DNA of 64,000 nucleotides, from contig CAYPKD010000005.1 in NCBI GenBank assembly GCA_964411255.1, positions 5,547-69,546 of the forward strand, read 5' to 3'. The translations under genes and the position numbers were made by a program. This DNA comes from an uncultured Gammaproteobacteria bacterium (GTDB lineage: Bacteria; Patescibacteriota; Patescibacteriia; UBA11705; DATKZF01). Below the pieces are notes generated by a model. It did not search any database, had not been told where the DNA came from, and saw only the letters and a list, made by a program, of their open reading frames with translations. Position 1 is the first letter of the stretch; every line of letters begins with the position of its first letter. Below are positions 19,975-30,230 of the stretch, in pieces.

Positions 19975-20774
19975 AAATATGGGATGTGAATAAAAGTGCA
20001 AAGCCTAGAACTATGGATAACGTAAAACAAAAACTTATTGATTTTGGTTTGTTTGAGCAAGAAGCTGAGGCATATATTGAGTTATTAAAAAAAGGAGAAG
20101 CAAAGGCTGACGATTTAATTTATGGAACAAAAGACCATAATGATTTAATAGTGGCTTTGGATTCCTTAGCTGACCGGAATTTAATTAAAAAAATTGTTGG
20201 CAATGGCTCAGTTTATTATAAAGCAGAAGATCCGGAAAAAATTTTTAAAAATTTGAGTATAAAAAAAGCTCAGGCAGCTTCAAGCAAAGAAAAAATTGAT
20301 CAAGTAGTGGTAAATCTGGATTGGATTTATAATCAGACAGAACGGCCGACAATGGCAAATTCATATAGGGGATATCAAGGTCTTTTGGAAGCTAGAAAAA
20401 AAATTCTCAGCCAAAAATACGATAAAATTTATAATATTACTGCATTAAACAAATATCTTCCGAGAAATCATGTACAATCTTTGCTGAGTCAGGTGAAAAA
20501 TGGATTTTATGCAATTATTCCAAAATCAGATATTGAATATTTAGAAAAGATTAAAGATTTGATTGACAATGAACCAAAATTAAAGATTAAAATTATTGAA
20601 GATGATTTGTGGCAGGAAAAAATGGAAATTTTGATATTTGGAGATTGCGTATCATTTGGTAATAATGAAGATGAACAGCTTTATACAATGATTGAGGATA
20701 AAATCGTTGCGGTGGCAATGAAAAATATGTTTTTTAGCATTTGGAATGGTATTGAAGATGAATTTAAAAAGTAA
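19971..20774 (+). CDS. TrmB-like HTH regulator (second tandem copy, 4-nt overlap with the first)
   Basis: FEQEAEAYIELLKKGEAKADDL HTH-like N-terminus. Confidence 0.55.
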   Translation: MKIWDVNKSAKPRTMDNVKQKLIDFGLFEQEAEAYIELLKKGEAKADDLIYGTKDHNDLIVALDSLADRNLIKKIVGNGSVYYKAEDPEKIFKNLSIKKAQAASSKEKIDQVVVNLDWIYNQTERPTMANSYRGYQGLLEARKKILSQKYDKIYNITALNKYLPRNHVQSLLSQVKNGFYAIIPKSDIEYLEKIKDLIDNEPKLKIKIIEDDLWQEKMEILIFGDCVSFGNNEDEQLYTMIEDKIVAVAMKNMFFSIWNGIEDEFKK

Positions 20775-21203
20775 AAACCGGACATGAAGATGCCCGGGTA
20801 ACCCTGCTAGTGGAAGTTTTTTAATCACAACCAATATTAGCGCGCAGAAGAGTATGTATTCATCCTGGCTGAGTCCGTTTCCTCCAGCTTTAAGCACAGT
20901 ACATCTGTACAGAGCCAATAGAAGCAGAATCTGCGTTTGGTAAATTATCTCTCTGCACACAGCTGGCTTTGACCGATTACTGCTCAGAAGGGAAATAACT
21001 TGCACAATACACTCTCCTTATGCTATTTTGTTCGCTTTGAAGTTTTACCCTCAAAGGTACTATCAAATAGATCATAAAGAAAAGCATACGCAGGGTAATA
21101 CTATTATATATCAAAGAAATAAAAATGGAAATAGGTTATTGACAAAACGGTAAAAATGTGATAGTATTAAATATAATATATTATTTTATAAGGAGGTGCT
21201 ATT

Positions 21204-21398
21204 ATGGCCAGAAAAAAGACAAAGATTACCATTAAAATGAAGGAAACTGAGCAAGAGAAAGCTAAAAGGCGGCGTCGATCTGCCAGACGGGCAGGAGAGA
21301 CAGTTCATAAGCCTACCAGAGCTCATGAACCAAAAACCCGCTATAAGCGATCTCGAGCCAAACAGCAGCTTCGCAATCGACTGCAAAAGGAGGGCTAA
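21204..21398 (+). CDS. very basic 64-aa protein (Arg/Lys-rich), unknown function
   Basis: strong RBS taaggaggtg; terminator directly downstream. Confidence 0.55.
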   Translation: MARKKTKITIKMKETEQEKAKRRRRSARRAGETVHKPTRAHEPKTRYKRSRAKQQLRNRLQKEG

Positions 21399-21417
21399 GC
21401 ATGGCTTGCCAAACTAA

Positions 21418-21452
21418 AAAAACCCTGATTCAATTTCAGGGTCTTTCTTTTT
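21418..21452 (+). terminator. rho-independent terminator
   Basis: aaaaaaccctgattcaatttcagggtctttctttttt. Confidence 0.6.
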
Positions 21453-21464
21453 TAAAATATTAAT

Positions 21465-23537
21465 TTAATCTTCTACTTGCTGAGTAATTACGCCCTTTTC
21501 TTTTCCTTCTTCATCAAATTCTAAATTTGTAGAAATCGGATTTAAGGATATTATCAATGAATCACCGGTAATTGAGTCTTTTGCTTCTAAGCTGGTGTTT
21601 TCAGTTAGCTTCATTAGTTTGCCAATGTCATCGTTAGTTGGTTCCAGACTGAGCTCAAAGTTTGTATGAGCTTCATTTACTGACTGAGGAAGCCTGTTAA
21701 TTTCCCAGGTTATTTGATTTGTATCAGAATTATAATTAATTTGCCCAGTCGTTATTTGTTCATTTCCTGACCAGCTTACTTTATCAGCCAGAGTAGCTTT
21801 TATTTTTACATCTGTTATTTCATGCAGATTATTTGAAATATCCCAGAAAATTTTATAGGTTGTCTTTTCATTTGCTTGCGGTGGAAGAGGACCAGAGCCG
21901 ATTTCATTCCCATCCTGATCATAATATAATGCTTTTATACCTAAAGCAATGTCTGTATTTAATTTGATTTCAATTGTCGAACTGTCAATTGTCGGCTCTT
22001 CTTCATTAATGGTTAATTGCAAATATAATTTTATGTTTTGCTCAGCTAAGCTTTCGTTTGAAAAGTCCTGCAAGGCAGCCAGTTTTTTTATTGGAATTGA
22101 AAATTCAATAACATTTTCTGAATAGGCATTTAAATTGCTTATATTCCAGCTTATTTGAGAGCCTTCTTCTGTATCCTCCAAATCACCGCCGCTCAGATCA
22201 CTGTTTTTCCAATCTAACACCTCTAACGGCCATTCAGTAATATTGGCAATTAGCCCGGCATCTTCAACATCCTGATCGCTTGTGTTTTTTATCACTGCAG
22301 TACAATTTATATTTTCACCATAGCTGGTATTACTATTTTCAGTTTTTCCATTTATTATTAAGTAAGCCAAAAGTTCTTGATCAGAAAGCTCTATAGTAAA
22401 TTGTTCTGATTTTTGGACAAAATTTTGGTCAAATTCTCCAGGATATAAAATTTGGAATTCAAATGGCTGATTTTTTTCAATTGTCGCTAAGTCAATGTCT
22501 TCGGAAAATATGCCTTCAACAGTTATTTCCTGTTCATTATTATCTGCTTTAATATTTTCAATTACCCATTCATTATTTTCAGATTTTGGCTGGCTTTGAA
22601 TAATTGAAAAATCAGCAGGAGATACTAATTTGATGATTAATTTTTCATAATCGATTTCTGTCGGGTTGCTATATGATAATGTCAAATTGAATTTTTGTCC
22701 TGGTATGGCATTTTGAGGATTAGTAATCAGTGCTTCAAGCTCAAGCGGCAAAACCTGGGTTGAATGCGTCTCTATTTTACTGAACTCAGAATTAAAATTT
22801 TCCGGGTTATAGGAAATAGTGGCATTAATTTTTTGAGTTGTGTCAACCTGTGTTATTAATTTACCTTTTATTTTTATTTGTCCAGATTCATTGATTTTAA
22901 TTTTATCAAAATTCCAGGTGCTATTTTCTGTTTCCGGAACTTGTTCAGTTAAGGAAAATCCTTTTGGCATTCTTACAAATAATTTAACATCTTTTAACGC
23001 CACCTGACCTTCATTTTCATAATTTATCAGATATGTGACCTCCTCGCCAATTTGGGTCTCGTCAGGTCCGATTATGCTAATTTTAATTTTATCCTCAGCA
23101 AACTGTTTTCTTTTATTAAAAACAATAAATCCAAATATACTGGCAGCAGCGATAATAAAAAGAAAAATAAGGGCTGATATTATAATAGTGCGTTTCCTCC
23201 TTTTTTGTCTTTTATCCATGATATGAGCCAGTATAGTTTCTTCTTCTTTCGCCTCTTTTTCAACATCTGAATTTGTCTGAAATAACTCTGCGGCCTGCTT
23301 ATATATAGAAGCAATTGATTCAGTATTTTTTGTTTTCTTTTTAAATAAGCTGAATTTACTTTTTTTCTTTTTTTGGGGTTTGTTTTTCTTCTGCTCTTTC
23401 TTCTTACCAGGTTTTTTCTCAGTTTTTTTATTAGTTATGGTTGTCTCTTTTTTTGAATCAGAATTTTTCTTTTCTTGATCAGAAAGATTTTTTTGTTCTG
23501 TATTTTTTTCTTCTTGGTTTGTGTTTTTATTTGACAT
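21465..23537 (-). CDS. membrane-anchored surface protein with Lys-rich cytoplasmic N-tail
   Basis: poly-K N-terminus, single TM helix, large Asn/Thr/Glu-rich extracellular region. Confidence 0.7.
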   Translation of the reverse strand: MSNKNTNQEEKNTEQKNLSDQEKKNSDSKKETTITNKKTEKKPGKKKEQKKNKPQKKKKSKFSLFKKKTKNTESIASIYKQAAELFQTNSDVEKEAKEEETILAHIMDKRQKRRKRTIIISALIFLFIIAAASIFGFIVFNKRKQFAEDKIKISIIGPDETQIGEEVTYLINYENEGQVALKDVKLFVRMPKGFSLTEQVPETENSTWNFDKIKINESGQIKIKGKLITQVDTTQKINATISYNPENFNSEFSKIETHSTQVLPLELEALITNPQNAIPGQKFNLTLSYSNPTEIDYEKLIIKLVSPADFSIIQSQPKSENNEWVIENIKADNNEQEITVEGIFSEDIDLATIEKNQPFEFQILYPGEFDQNFVQKSEQFTIELSDQELLAYLIINGKTENSNTSYGENINCTAVIKNTSDQDVEDAGLIANITEWPLEVLDWKNSDLSGGDLEDTEEGSQISWNISNLNAYSENVIEFSIPIKKLAALQDFSNESLAEQNIKLYLQLTINEEEPTIDSSTIEIKLNTDIALGIKALYYDQDGNEIGSGPLPPQANEKTTYKIFWDISNNLHEITDVKIKATLADKVSWSGNEQITTGQINYNSDTNQITWEINRLPQSVNEAHTNFELSLEPTNDDIGKLMKLTENTSLEAKDSITGDSLIISLNPISTNLEFDEEGKEKGVITQQVED

Positions 23538-26070
23538 AATCTTTTAGTTCAAAAATTAATCCGATTAATTCATCAGTATTTAATACTGTTTGCCCCACAG
23601 CTTTATTTCTATCTTTAATTTTTGCATCTTCAGGATAGAGCCATTTTATTTTATAATTATCAGGCAGAATAATGTTTGTTTTCAAGTCAATATTTTGCAT
23701 TCCTGGCTGTTTTTGAATAAACAGAGAATAAAATTGTGAGGAATTATTATTGTCAAAAACTGAATCAATTAATTTTTCTAACCATGAATTATCTTCTGGC
23801 AAGCTCAATCGAAAAGGCAAGGCATATGAGAGTTCTATTGTGCTTTTTTCATTTATTGGTGTTTGTATCCAATTGGCAAAAACCGTTTTACCTGATTCAG
23901 TATAAATTTCTGTTTTTGAAAGAGGATGAACTGAAACTGGAGTGATTATTTTTGACAGGGTTTGATCAGGCATTGCATTATTTAAAGGTTGATAAAAATT
24001 TGCTTCCTTCATGCTAGAAAAACCAGTAGCCTTTATTAGCTGGCTGCCCTGTGGAACAAATATTTTTAAATATGAGGTATTGGTCATGTTTTCAAAAATA
24101 TCATCAGGATCGCCTTTGTGTTCTCTTTCTATTCGCAAATTATTTATAATAGTACCGTTTTCATCGATATTGGTTGTTAATTCAACTTTTTGATGCATCA
24201 CATGGCTGGTTTTTCCACCCATCATGTTTATATCAACAATTGCCAGATAATCTTTTGATGTTTGCTTGACCTCGCCAGCCCAATTATATTCAACCACCAT
24301 TTTTTGCAGTTCTGGGTCATTTAAATACATTAATATTTCTTTTTTGCTAAAGCTGGTATTTAAGGTTTTTAGGATATTCGTTAAAGTAGCATCCTTGGCA
24401 GAGAAAATTGATTCAAGAATTTGAGGCGTAATATCAGCAATGAACTGTTTTGGCTTATTTTCTTCCCGGTCATATTCCAATTCCACAGATTTTTGGGTTT
24501 CTTCAATAAAATTTTCTGCTGTAATAATTTTTCCATATTGAGCTGCTTCAATTGGCGGTATATGATCAAGCAGTTGCTCTATTAGGCTGGCATTTATTGC
24601 TATTATGCCATCAACAGTTGCACCGCCGGCTTTTTGAAAAAACCATTCTATTTTCTGGGCTGAAGTAGGGAAGTCAAAAAACCAGTTTGAATCCTGCATT
24701 TCCCATTTATTATTCACTAATAGCAAAGGCTGCGGCGGAATTAAGCTTTCATACAAAGTTCCCTGAAAATCATAAGTACCGCCGCCAGGAATTTCAATAT
24801 TTTTTATTTCTCCTTTGTAAAAATCAACTAAAGCGACACTGCCCATAAAACCGCCGGTTGGCCGAAGCTCCCGGTTGTTTTGGAAAATTATCAGATATCT
24901 TTTTTTCTTTTTATGACCCAATACTTCCATCATAAATTTAGTAAATGAATCCAGCGTGTGAAAATCAGAATTAAATTGATGGATTTGCGACTTGACCTGA
25001 ACGAATTGATCTGCAAATTCCTCTGGAATGGCATTGGGGCTTATTAGATTTATTTTTTCAGTTGATTGATCGACTAAAGGAAGCGCTTCCTGTATTTGTA
25101 TTTGAATGTATGAAATTTTGTCAGTAATTTTTGAATTATCATTATAAAAATAATTTAGGCTTTCACTGAATATTTGCCCTAAAAGTGAAATGTTTTCTCC
25201 GACTTCAAGCAAATTTTGGGCATCAGATAAAGTTTTTCCTTCATATGGAACTATTTTTAGTATTGGTTGAAGTAAACTGCTGATTTCATCCAGCTGATTT
25301 TTTGCATTGTCAAAATTTCTTTCTGCTTTATTAAAATGTTTTTGTGCTGATGAAGGATTTTTTTCTGAAATTGCAGAGCTGGCAATTTTTAAGTCGCTAT
25401 ATGCGTCTTTTGTCAAATCAAGGACCTTGTCTTTTGTTTGATTTAATTTATAAAAGTGGCTGAAAGCATGAATCGGCCCAGCTAATAGAAGACAAACAAT
25501 TATAAAAACCGTTAATGCCCTGGCCCAGCCAACGGGTAAGACAAAAAGTCTTGGTTTAGTATATTGGCATTTAATTTCTTCATCAGATAATTTTATTTTT
25601 TTAAAATATGTTTCATTAAATTCTGAATTTAAACTGTCTGATCCTTCATCTACAATCTCAGCCTTTTGGGAAAGATCGAGCAGGTGAGGTGATATTTTTG
25701 GTTTGGCCTTTTTATATGAGGATTTGTTGGCAGTGTTTTTATTTAATAAAAAAGCAATATCTGCTTCATCTGAAGCATTGCTTTTTAAAATATTATCTAA
25801 TTTATTTTTCGACTTAACACCTTTTTTTCTTTTTGGAACAGCTTTTACTTTCTTTCTGGCTTTTTTTGTTATTGAACTCTTTTTTTTAACAAATTTTTTC
25901 TTTGTCGTTTTGTTTTTTGATTTTGGTTTTGCTTTTTTTATAATTTTTTTCTTTGCAGCAACTCTAACAGCCTTCTTAGCTTTTTTGTTAGAAGTTTTTT
26001 TCCTCACCACCTTTTTTTTAATGGTTTTCTTTTTTGCAGGTTTTTTGATTTTTGTTTTCTTTATTGCCAT
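23527..26070 (-). CDS. membrane-anchored envelope protein, DUF4012-like, with poly-Lys N-tail
   Basis: ~180-aa KKK-rich N-terminus, one TM helix, IIFQNNRELRPTGGFMGS motif recalled as characteristic of DUF4012. Confidence 0.65.
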   Translation of the reverse strand: MAIKKTKIKKPAKKKTIKKKVVRKKTSNKKAKKAVRVAAKKKIIKKAKPKSKNKTTKKKFVKKKSSITKKARKKVKAVPKRKKGVKSKNKLDNILKSNASDEADIAFLLNKNTANKSSYKKAKPKISPHLLDLSQKAEIVDEGSDSLNSEFNETYFKKIKLSDEEIKCQYTKPRLFVLPVGWARALTVFIIVCLLLAGPIHAFSHFYKLNQTKDKVLDLTKDAYSDLKIASSAISEKNPSSAQKHFNKAERNFDNAKNQLDEISSLLQPILKIVPYEGKTLSDAQNLLEVGENISLLGQIFSESLNYFYNDNSKITDKISYIQIQIQEALPLVDQSTEKINLISPNAIPEEFADQFVQVKSQIHQFNSDFHTLDSFTKFMMEVLGHKKKKRYLIIFQNNRELRPTGGFMGSVALVDFYKGEIKNIEIPGGGTYDFQGTLYESLIPPQPLLLVNNKWEMQDSNWFFDFPTSAQKIEWFFQKAGGATVDGIIAINASLIEQLLDHIPPIEAAQYGKIITAENFIEETQKSVELEYDREENKPKQFIADITPQILESIFSAKDATLTNILKTLNTSFSKKEILMYLNDPELQKMVVEYNWAGEVKQTSKDYLAIVDINMMGGKTSHVMHQKVELTTNIDENGTIINNLRIEREHKGDPDDIFENMTNTSYLKIFVPQGSQLIKATGFSSMKEANFYQPLNNAMPDQTLSKIITPVSVHPLSKTEIYTESGKTVFANWIQTPINEKSTIELSYALPFRLSLPEDNSWLEKLIDSVFDNNNSSQFYSLFIQKQPGMQNIDLKTNIILPDNYKIKWLYPEDAKIKDRNKAVGQTVLNTDELIGLIFELKDYVK

Positions 26071-26094
26071 AATTTACTAGAAGATTGAAAATGG

Positions 26095-27213
26095 TTAATT
26101 CAGAAGAGAATTATATATTTGCAATGTCCTTTCCGCGCATTTTTGCCAGGAATATTTTTTTGTTTGCTCAAATCCTTTGTTAATCAGATTCTGTTTTTTA
26201 TTTTCATCTGAAATAACCTGATACATTTTATCAGCCATTTCATTTGGGTTTTTAGGATCAAAATATTCTGCTGCATTTCCTAATACTTCTGGCAGACTTG
26301 AGGTATTTGATGAAACTACTGGTGTGCCGCAAGCCATTGCTTCAATACCGATTAGGCCAAAGCCTTCAATAAAAGAAGGAATGACATAAATGTCTGCTGC
26401 ATTATAAAATACCGGTAAATCCTTATTAGAAATAAATCCTGGTCTAATAATATCTTTTTCTAAGCCAAGCTTTTCCCAGGTTTGGCGCACTTCAGGATAA
26501 TGAGGATCTTCATTGCCGCCAATAACCAGTTGATAGTCCAGATTATACTTGTTTTTCAAAACATGAAAAGCACGGATTAGGCCAGGTAGATTTTTATGAT
26601 TGCGCCAAACGCCAACATAAAAAATAAAAGGCTTGGATATCCCGTATTTTGCTTTTACTTTATTAATTATACCATAATCTTCTATAACCCGGAAGTCTGA
26701 TTTTACCCCCAAATAAGTCACAGTTATCTTTTTAGCTGGTACTTTAAAATACTTAATTACATCGTTTTTTGTACTTTCTGAAACAGTGATAACTTTTTTG
26801 GCCCGAGTGACTGAATTTTTAAAAACAAAACGAAATCCATGTCTTCTTACCCATGATGACATTCGATGACCTGGAAAATGATGTGGAGTGACATCATGAA
26901 TAGTGACAACTGATGGCTTAAAATAAAAAAATGGCGAATTAAAATGCGGATAATGAATAATATCAATTTCTTCCTTTAAAAATTGGAGTGGCAATAATAC
27001 TTGCTCAGCATAGCTATACCAGCGGGGAGTTACTTTTACTTTTGTTACATTTTCGTTAAAAACCTGAAATTCAGAAAATTGCGGTTCTCGCAAATACAAA
27101 ATATATTGATTATTCTTATCAATTTTAAAAAGATTGTCTGTTAGATTTTTAATATAATTGCCAATGCCAGTTTGGGCTGAGCCATACATTCTGGCATCGA
27201 TTCCTATTTTCAT
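26095..27213 (-). CDS. glycosyltransferase family 1 (GT4)
   Basis: EGFGLIGIEAMACGTPVV motif. Confidence 0.85.
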   Translation of the reverse strand: MKIGIDARMYGSAQTGIGNYIKNLTDNLFKIDKNNQYILYLREPQFSEFQVFNENVTKVKVTPRWYSYAEQVLLPLQFLKEEIDIIHYPHFNSPFFYFKPSVVTIHDVTPHHFPGHRMSSWVRRHGFRFVFKNSVTRAKKVITVSESTKNDVIKYFKVPAKKITVTYLGVKSDFRVIEDYGIINKVKAKYGISKPFIFYVGVWRNHKNLPGLIRAFHVLKNKYNLDYQLVIGGNEDPHYPEVRQTWEKLGLEKDIIRPGFISNKDLPVFYNAADIYVIPSFIEGFGLIGIEAMACGTPVVSSNTSSLPEVLGNAAEYFDPKNPNEMADKMYQVISDENKKQNLINKGFEQTKKYSWQKCAERTLQIYNSLLN

Positions 27214-27420
27214 AAAATTATGAATAATTATAAATGAAATGAATGCTTATTTATTACAAATAATTATGAATTATCTATTACGAAACTACAAATCAACTAC
27301 ATAAACTACGAAAGCCAGGGTTTGTAACTGCGAAAGATAAATTATAGATTGATTTGTAAATTTATTGCTAGTATGTTAATTTTACCAAAAAGAGGATCTT
27401 TATAAAAGGAGAGTAGGAAA

Positions 27421-27753
27421 ATGAGACAGATGCCCTGGGAAAAAGTGAAAGGAAATTTGTTTTTTTTATTAAAACCTGATACTGAACCAACCTATGTTAT
27501 GAGAAATGGTGTACCAACAGCTATTATAATGGGCATTAATTATTTTAAACGATTAGAAATAGCCGAGGTGACAAGATTATCTTTGATAGAGTTGAGAGAA
27601 TATTTTAGCAAATGGTCGCAAAGATCATCAAAGGCAGCGATTGTATCTGTAAATAAAAAGGAAATGATGGCTATTATGGGAATTAATTTTTACAGGATGA
27701 AAACAAGAGCTTTTAAGGTAATAGATGGTGGAAAAAATAAAACTTCTGGATAA
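27421..27753 (+). CDS. small protein with two tandem Phd/YefM-antitoxin-like repeats
   Basis: RBS aaaggagag; PTYVMRNGVPTAIIMGINYFKRLE and AAIVSVNKKEMMAIMGINFYRMK resemble the Phd/YefM core. Confidence 0.45.
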   Translation: MRQMPWEKVKGNLFFLLKPDTEPTYVMRNGVPTAIIMGINYFKRLEIAEVTRLSLIELREYFSKWSQRSSKAAIVSVNKKEMMAIMGINFYRMKTRAFKVIDGGKNKTSG

Positions 27754-27767
27754 AATCTGGGAGTTTT

Positions 27768-28907
27768 TTATTCATTGATTGTTTTAAAAAAATTTTCTGC
27801 TGTTTGTTGCCAATTGAATTTTTGCACCTGGACAGATCCTTTGCCAATCAGATTTGCCCGTAAATTATTGTCACCTAAAATTTCTTTAATTGCCCAAAAA
27901 ATTTCATTAATATTATACGGATCAATAAACAGAGCTGTATTTTCGCAAATTTCAGTCAGTGATGAAGTGTGGCTGGTAATTACCGGTGTTCTGCAAGCCA
28001 TTGCTTCAAGTGGTGGAAATCCAAATCCTTCATAATATGAGGGATAGATAAAAATATCTGACAAATTATAAATATAAGGCTTGTCTTCAATGTCAATATA
28101 GCCTGGGAAAAAGATTTCGTTTTCCAATTTTAATGTTTGAATTAAATTAAATATTTCATTATATTTCCAGCCTTTGGCACCGGCGATTACCAGTTTATGG
28201 GGGAAATTTGTTTTTTTCTTTAATAATGCAAATGCTTCAACTAGTGACTCAATGTTTTTTCTTGGCTCAAGCGTGCCCAGGCTTAGAATAAATTTGTCAG
28301 GTAAATTGTATTTTTGTTTTATTTCTCCTTTTTTATCTTTTGAAAAATTAATATTTACACCAGAATAGACAACTTCTATTTTATTTGGATTAATATTATA
28401 TAAATCTATTAAATCGCGTTTAGTATTTTCTGAAACAGCAATTATTTTATGTGCATTTTTAAAAATTTGCCTGCAATCAATTGATTTATGCCAGATTCTT
28501 CTTTTTAAAGAATAAAAATATGGAAATATTTCAAAAGACAGATCATGGGCGGTTATAATATACTTTCCAATGGGTGATATTGATAAAAAGTTAATGTTTG
28601 GGAAAAAAAACATATCAACTTTTTTATTATATTTGGACAGAATCAGAGAGTCTAAAAAAGGACGTTCAAAAATCTTAATACAAGCATTTAATATTTTATT
28701 TGGGTAAGTAAATTCACACAAAGTTATATTATCCTGGCAGAGGCCGTTAATATGTTTCAGATAAGGTTCTCTTTTATTATAAAATAAAAAATATTGATTT
28801 TGAGAATCAATATTAAAAAGATATTTTAATAAATTAAAAGTATATTCGCCAACTCCAGTCAGTTTTTTTTCCATTAATGATCGAACATCAATGGCAATGT
28901 TTTTCAT
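27768..28907 (-). CDS. glycosyltransferase family 1
   Basis: EGFGFPPLEAMACRTPVITS motif. Confidence 0.85.
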   Translation of the reverse strand: MKNIAIDVRSLMEKKLTGVGEYTFNLLKYLFNIDSQNQYFLFYNKREPYLKHINGLCQDNITLCEFTYPNKILNACIKIFERPFLDSLILSKYNKKVDMFFFPNINFLSISPIGKYIITAHDLSFEIFPYFYSLKRRIWHKSIDCRQIFKNAHKIIAVSENTKRDLIDLYNINPNKIEVVYSGVNINFSKDKKGEIKQKYNLPDKFILSLGTLEPRKNIESLVEAFALLKKKTNFPHKLVIAGAKGWKYNEIFNLIQTLKLENEIFFPGYIDIEDKPYIYNLSDIFIYPSYYEGFGFPPLEAMACRTPVITSHTSSLTEICENTALFIDPYNINEIFWAIKEILGDNNLRANLIGKGSVQVQKFNWQQTAENFFKTINE

Positions 28908-28911
28908 ACTT

Positions 28912-30015
28912 TTATCTGCTAGAAATAAAATAGTTATCCTGTTTTATGACTTCTTTTATTTTTTTCTTAAATTGCTCAGTATCAAACTGCAGGGCATGAT
29001 TTCGGATCTGCTCTGAATCAAAATGAAATTTTTTAAAATGCAAAATTTGATAAGCTAAATCTTCCCAATTTTGCTCTTTGAAAAAAAGTCCGGTCTGGGC
29101 ATCAATAATTGTATCTAAAGCGCCGCCAGCCTGATAAGCTATAACTGGCCGGCCAGAGGCCATTGCTTCAACAGCAGTGATGCCAAAGTCTTCTTCCTGC
29201 GGATTAATAAACGCCTGGCAGCTGGCATAGAGTTCAGCTTTTTTAGCATCAGTTACATTTCCTAAAAATTCAACATTTTTCTTTGCCATTTTTTTTAATC
29301 TGCTGTAATCAGGACCAGTACCAAAAATTTTTAAGGGCATATTTAATCGATTAAAAGCCGTAACAGTTAAATCAAATCGTTTATAAGGCACAAGTCTGCC
29401 GCCAGTTAAAAAATAATTTTTCGGAGTATTATTTATATAAAATTTTGAGGTTTCAACTGGTGGATATATCACCAGGCTATCCTGTCCATAGTATTTTTTA
29501 ATTCTTTTTCTGACTGTATTTGAATTTGCAATAAACAAATCAACCCGGTCAGCTGCCAGTTTATCCCACATGCGCAGTTTGCTTAAAGCTAATGGCAGGA
29601 ATTTTTTTATCAATCGGTTTTGTTTCAGGTTTTCAACATAAGTCTGGCTGTCAGTCCAGAGGTAGCGGGTGGGAGTATGGCAATAGCAAATATGTTTTGT
29701 GTTTGGTTTGGTGATAATCCCTTTAGCAAAGGCTGAGGAGCTGGAAATTACAGTATCAAAATTTGATAAATCATAATTTTCAGTAGCTGCTGGCATCCAC
29801 AAAAGAAACCATTGGTATTTTCTAATGCCTAAGGGCAGTTTTTGCAAAAATGACGGATTAACCTGCTTTTCTTTCATGTCATCATTCATTTTTTTCTTAT
29901 CATAAACCAGGGTATATATTGGACTTTGCGGAAAAACATCATGTAAAGTACGCAAAACTTTTTCAGCTCCGCCTTCTTGGGTCAGGTGATCATGTACTAA
30001 TGCAATTTTTGCCAT
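28912..30015 (-). CDS. glycosyltransferase family 1
   Basis: EDFGITAVEAMASGRPVIA motif. Confidence 0.85.
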   Translation of the reverse strand: MAKIALVHDHLTQEGGAEKVLRTLHDVFPQSPIYTLVYDKKKMNDDMKEKQVNPSFLQKLPLGIRKYQWFLLWMPAATENYDLSNFDTVISSSSAFAKGIITKPNTKHICYCHTPTRYLWTDSQTYVENLKQNRLIKKFLPLALSKLRMWDKLAADRVDLFIANSNTVRKRIKKYYGQDSLVIYPPVETSKFYINNTPKNYFLTGGRLVPYKRFDLTVTAFNRLNMPLKIFGTGPDYSRLKKMAKKNVEFLGNVTDAKKAELYASCQAFINPQEEDFGITAVEAMASGRPVIAYQAGGALDTIIDAQTGLFFKEQNWEDLAYQILHFKKFHFDSEQIRNHALQFDTEQFKKKIKEVIKQDNYFISSR

Positions 30016-30087
30016 AAAAAGTCAAATTTTTGTGTAAAATAAGAGAATTTCTACTGATAGTATAGCTGAAAATTGATAATTTTGGAA

Positions 30088-30195
30088 GAAAACAGATATT
30101 AATTTGTTTCCGTTTTATATCTGTTGCTATCCGCTTGCCCCGAGCGACCTGTCCTGAGCGAAGTCGAAGGAAGTTGAGGCGTTGATCCGTTTCTA
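30088..30195 (+). repeat. copy C of the repeated element (not fused to a start codon)
   Basis: aacagata...tatctgtt hairpin, gtcctgagcgaagtcgaagg box, gttgatccgttt; lies between the terminator of the 30231 gene and the GT operon start. Confidence 0.5.
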
Positions 30196-30200
30196 TTAAA

Positions 30201-30230
30201 AAACTCTGCATTATTGTAATACAGAGTTAA
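30201..30230 (-). terminator. rho-independent terminator of the 570-aa gene
   Basis: actctgtattacaataatgcagagt hairpin followed by Ts on the minus strand. Confidence 0.55.

Noticed and set aside
20780-21070. tmRNA candidate, also considered for the structured regions at 31950-32400 and 34740-35100
   Set aside because: No tRNA-like T-arm (GGUUCGANUCC...CCA), no plausible tag ORF ending in ALAA-stop, and no GGGG 5' end pairing could be found on either strand.
25703-26080. 125-aa Phe-rich + strand ORF
   Set aside because: It is the antisense of the poly-Lys (AAA/AAG) N-terminal region of the 847-aa gene, which gives poly-Phe. It is not coding.
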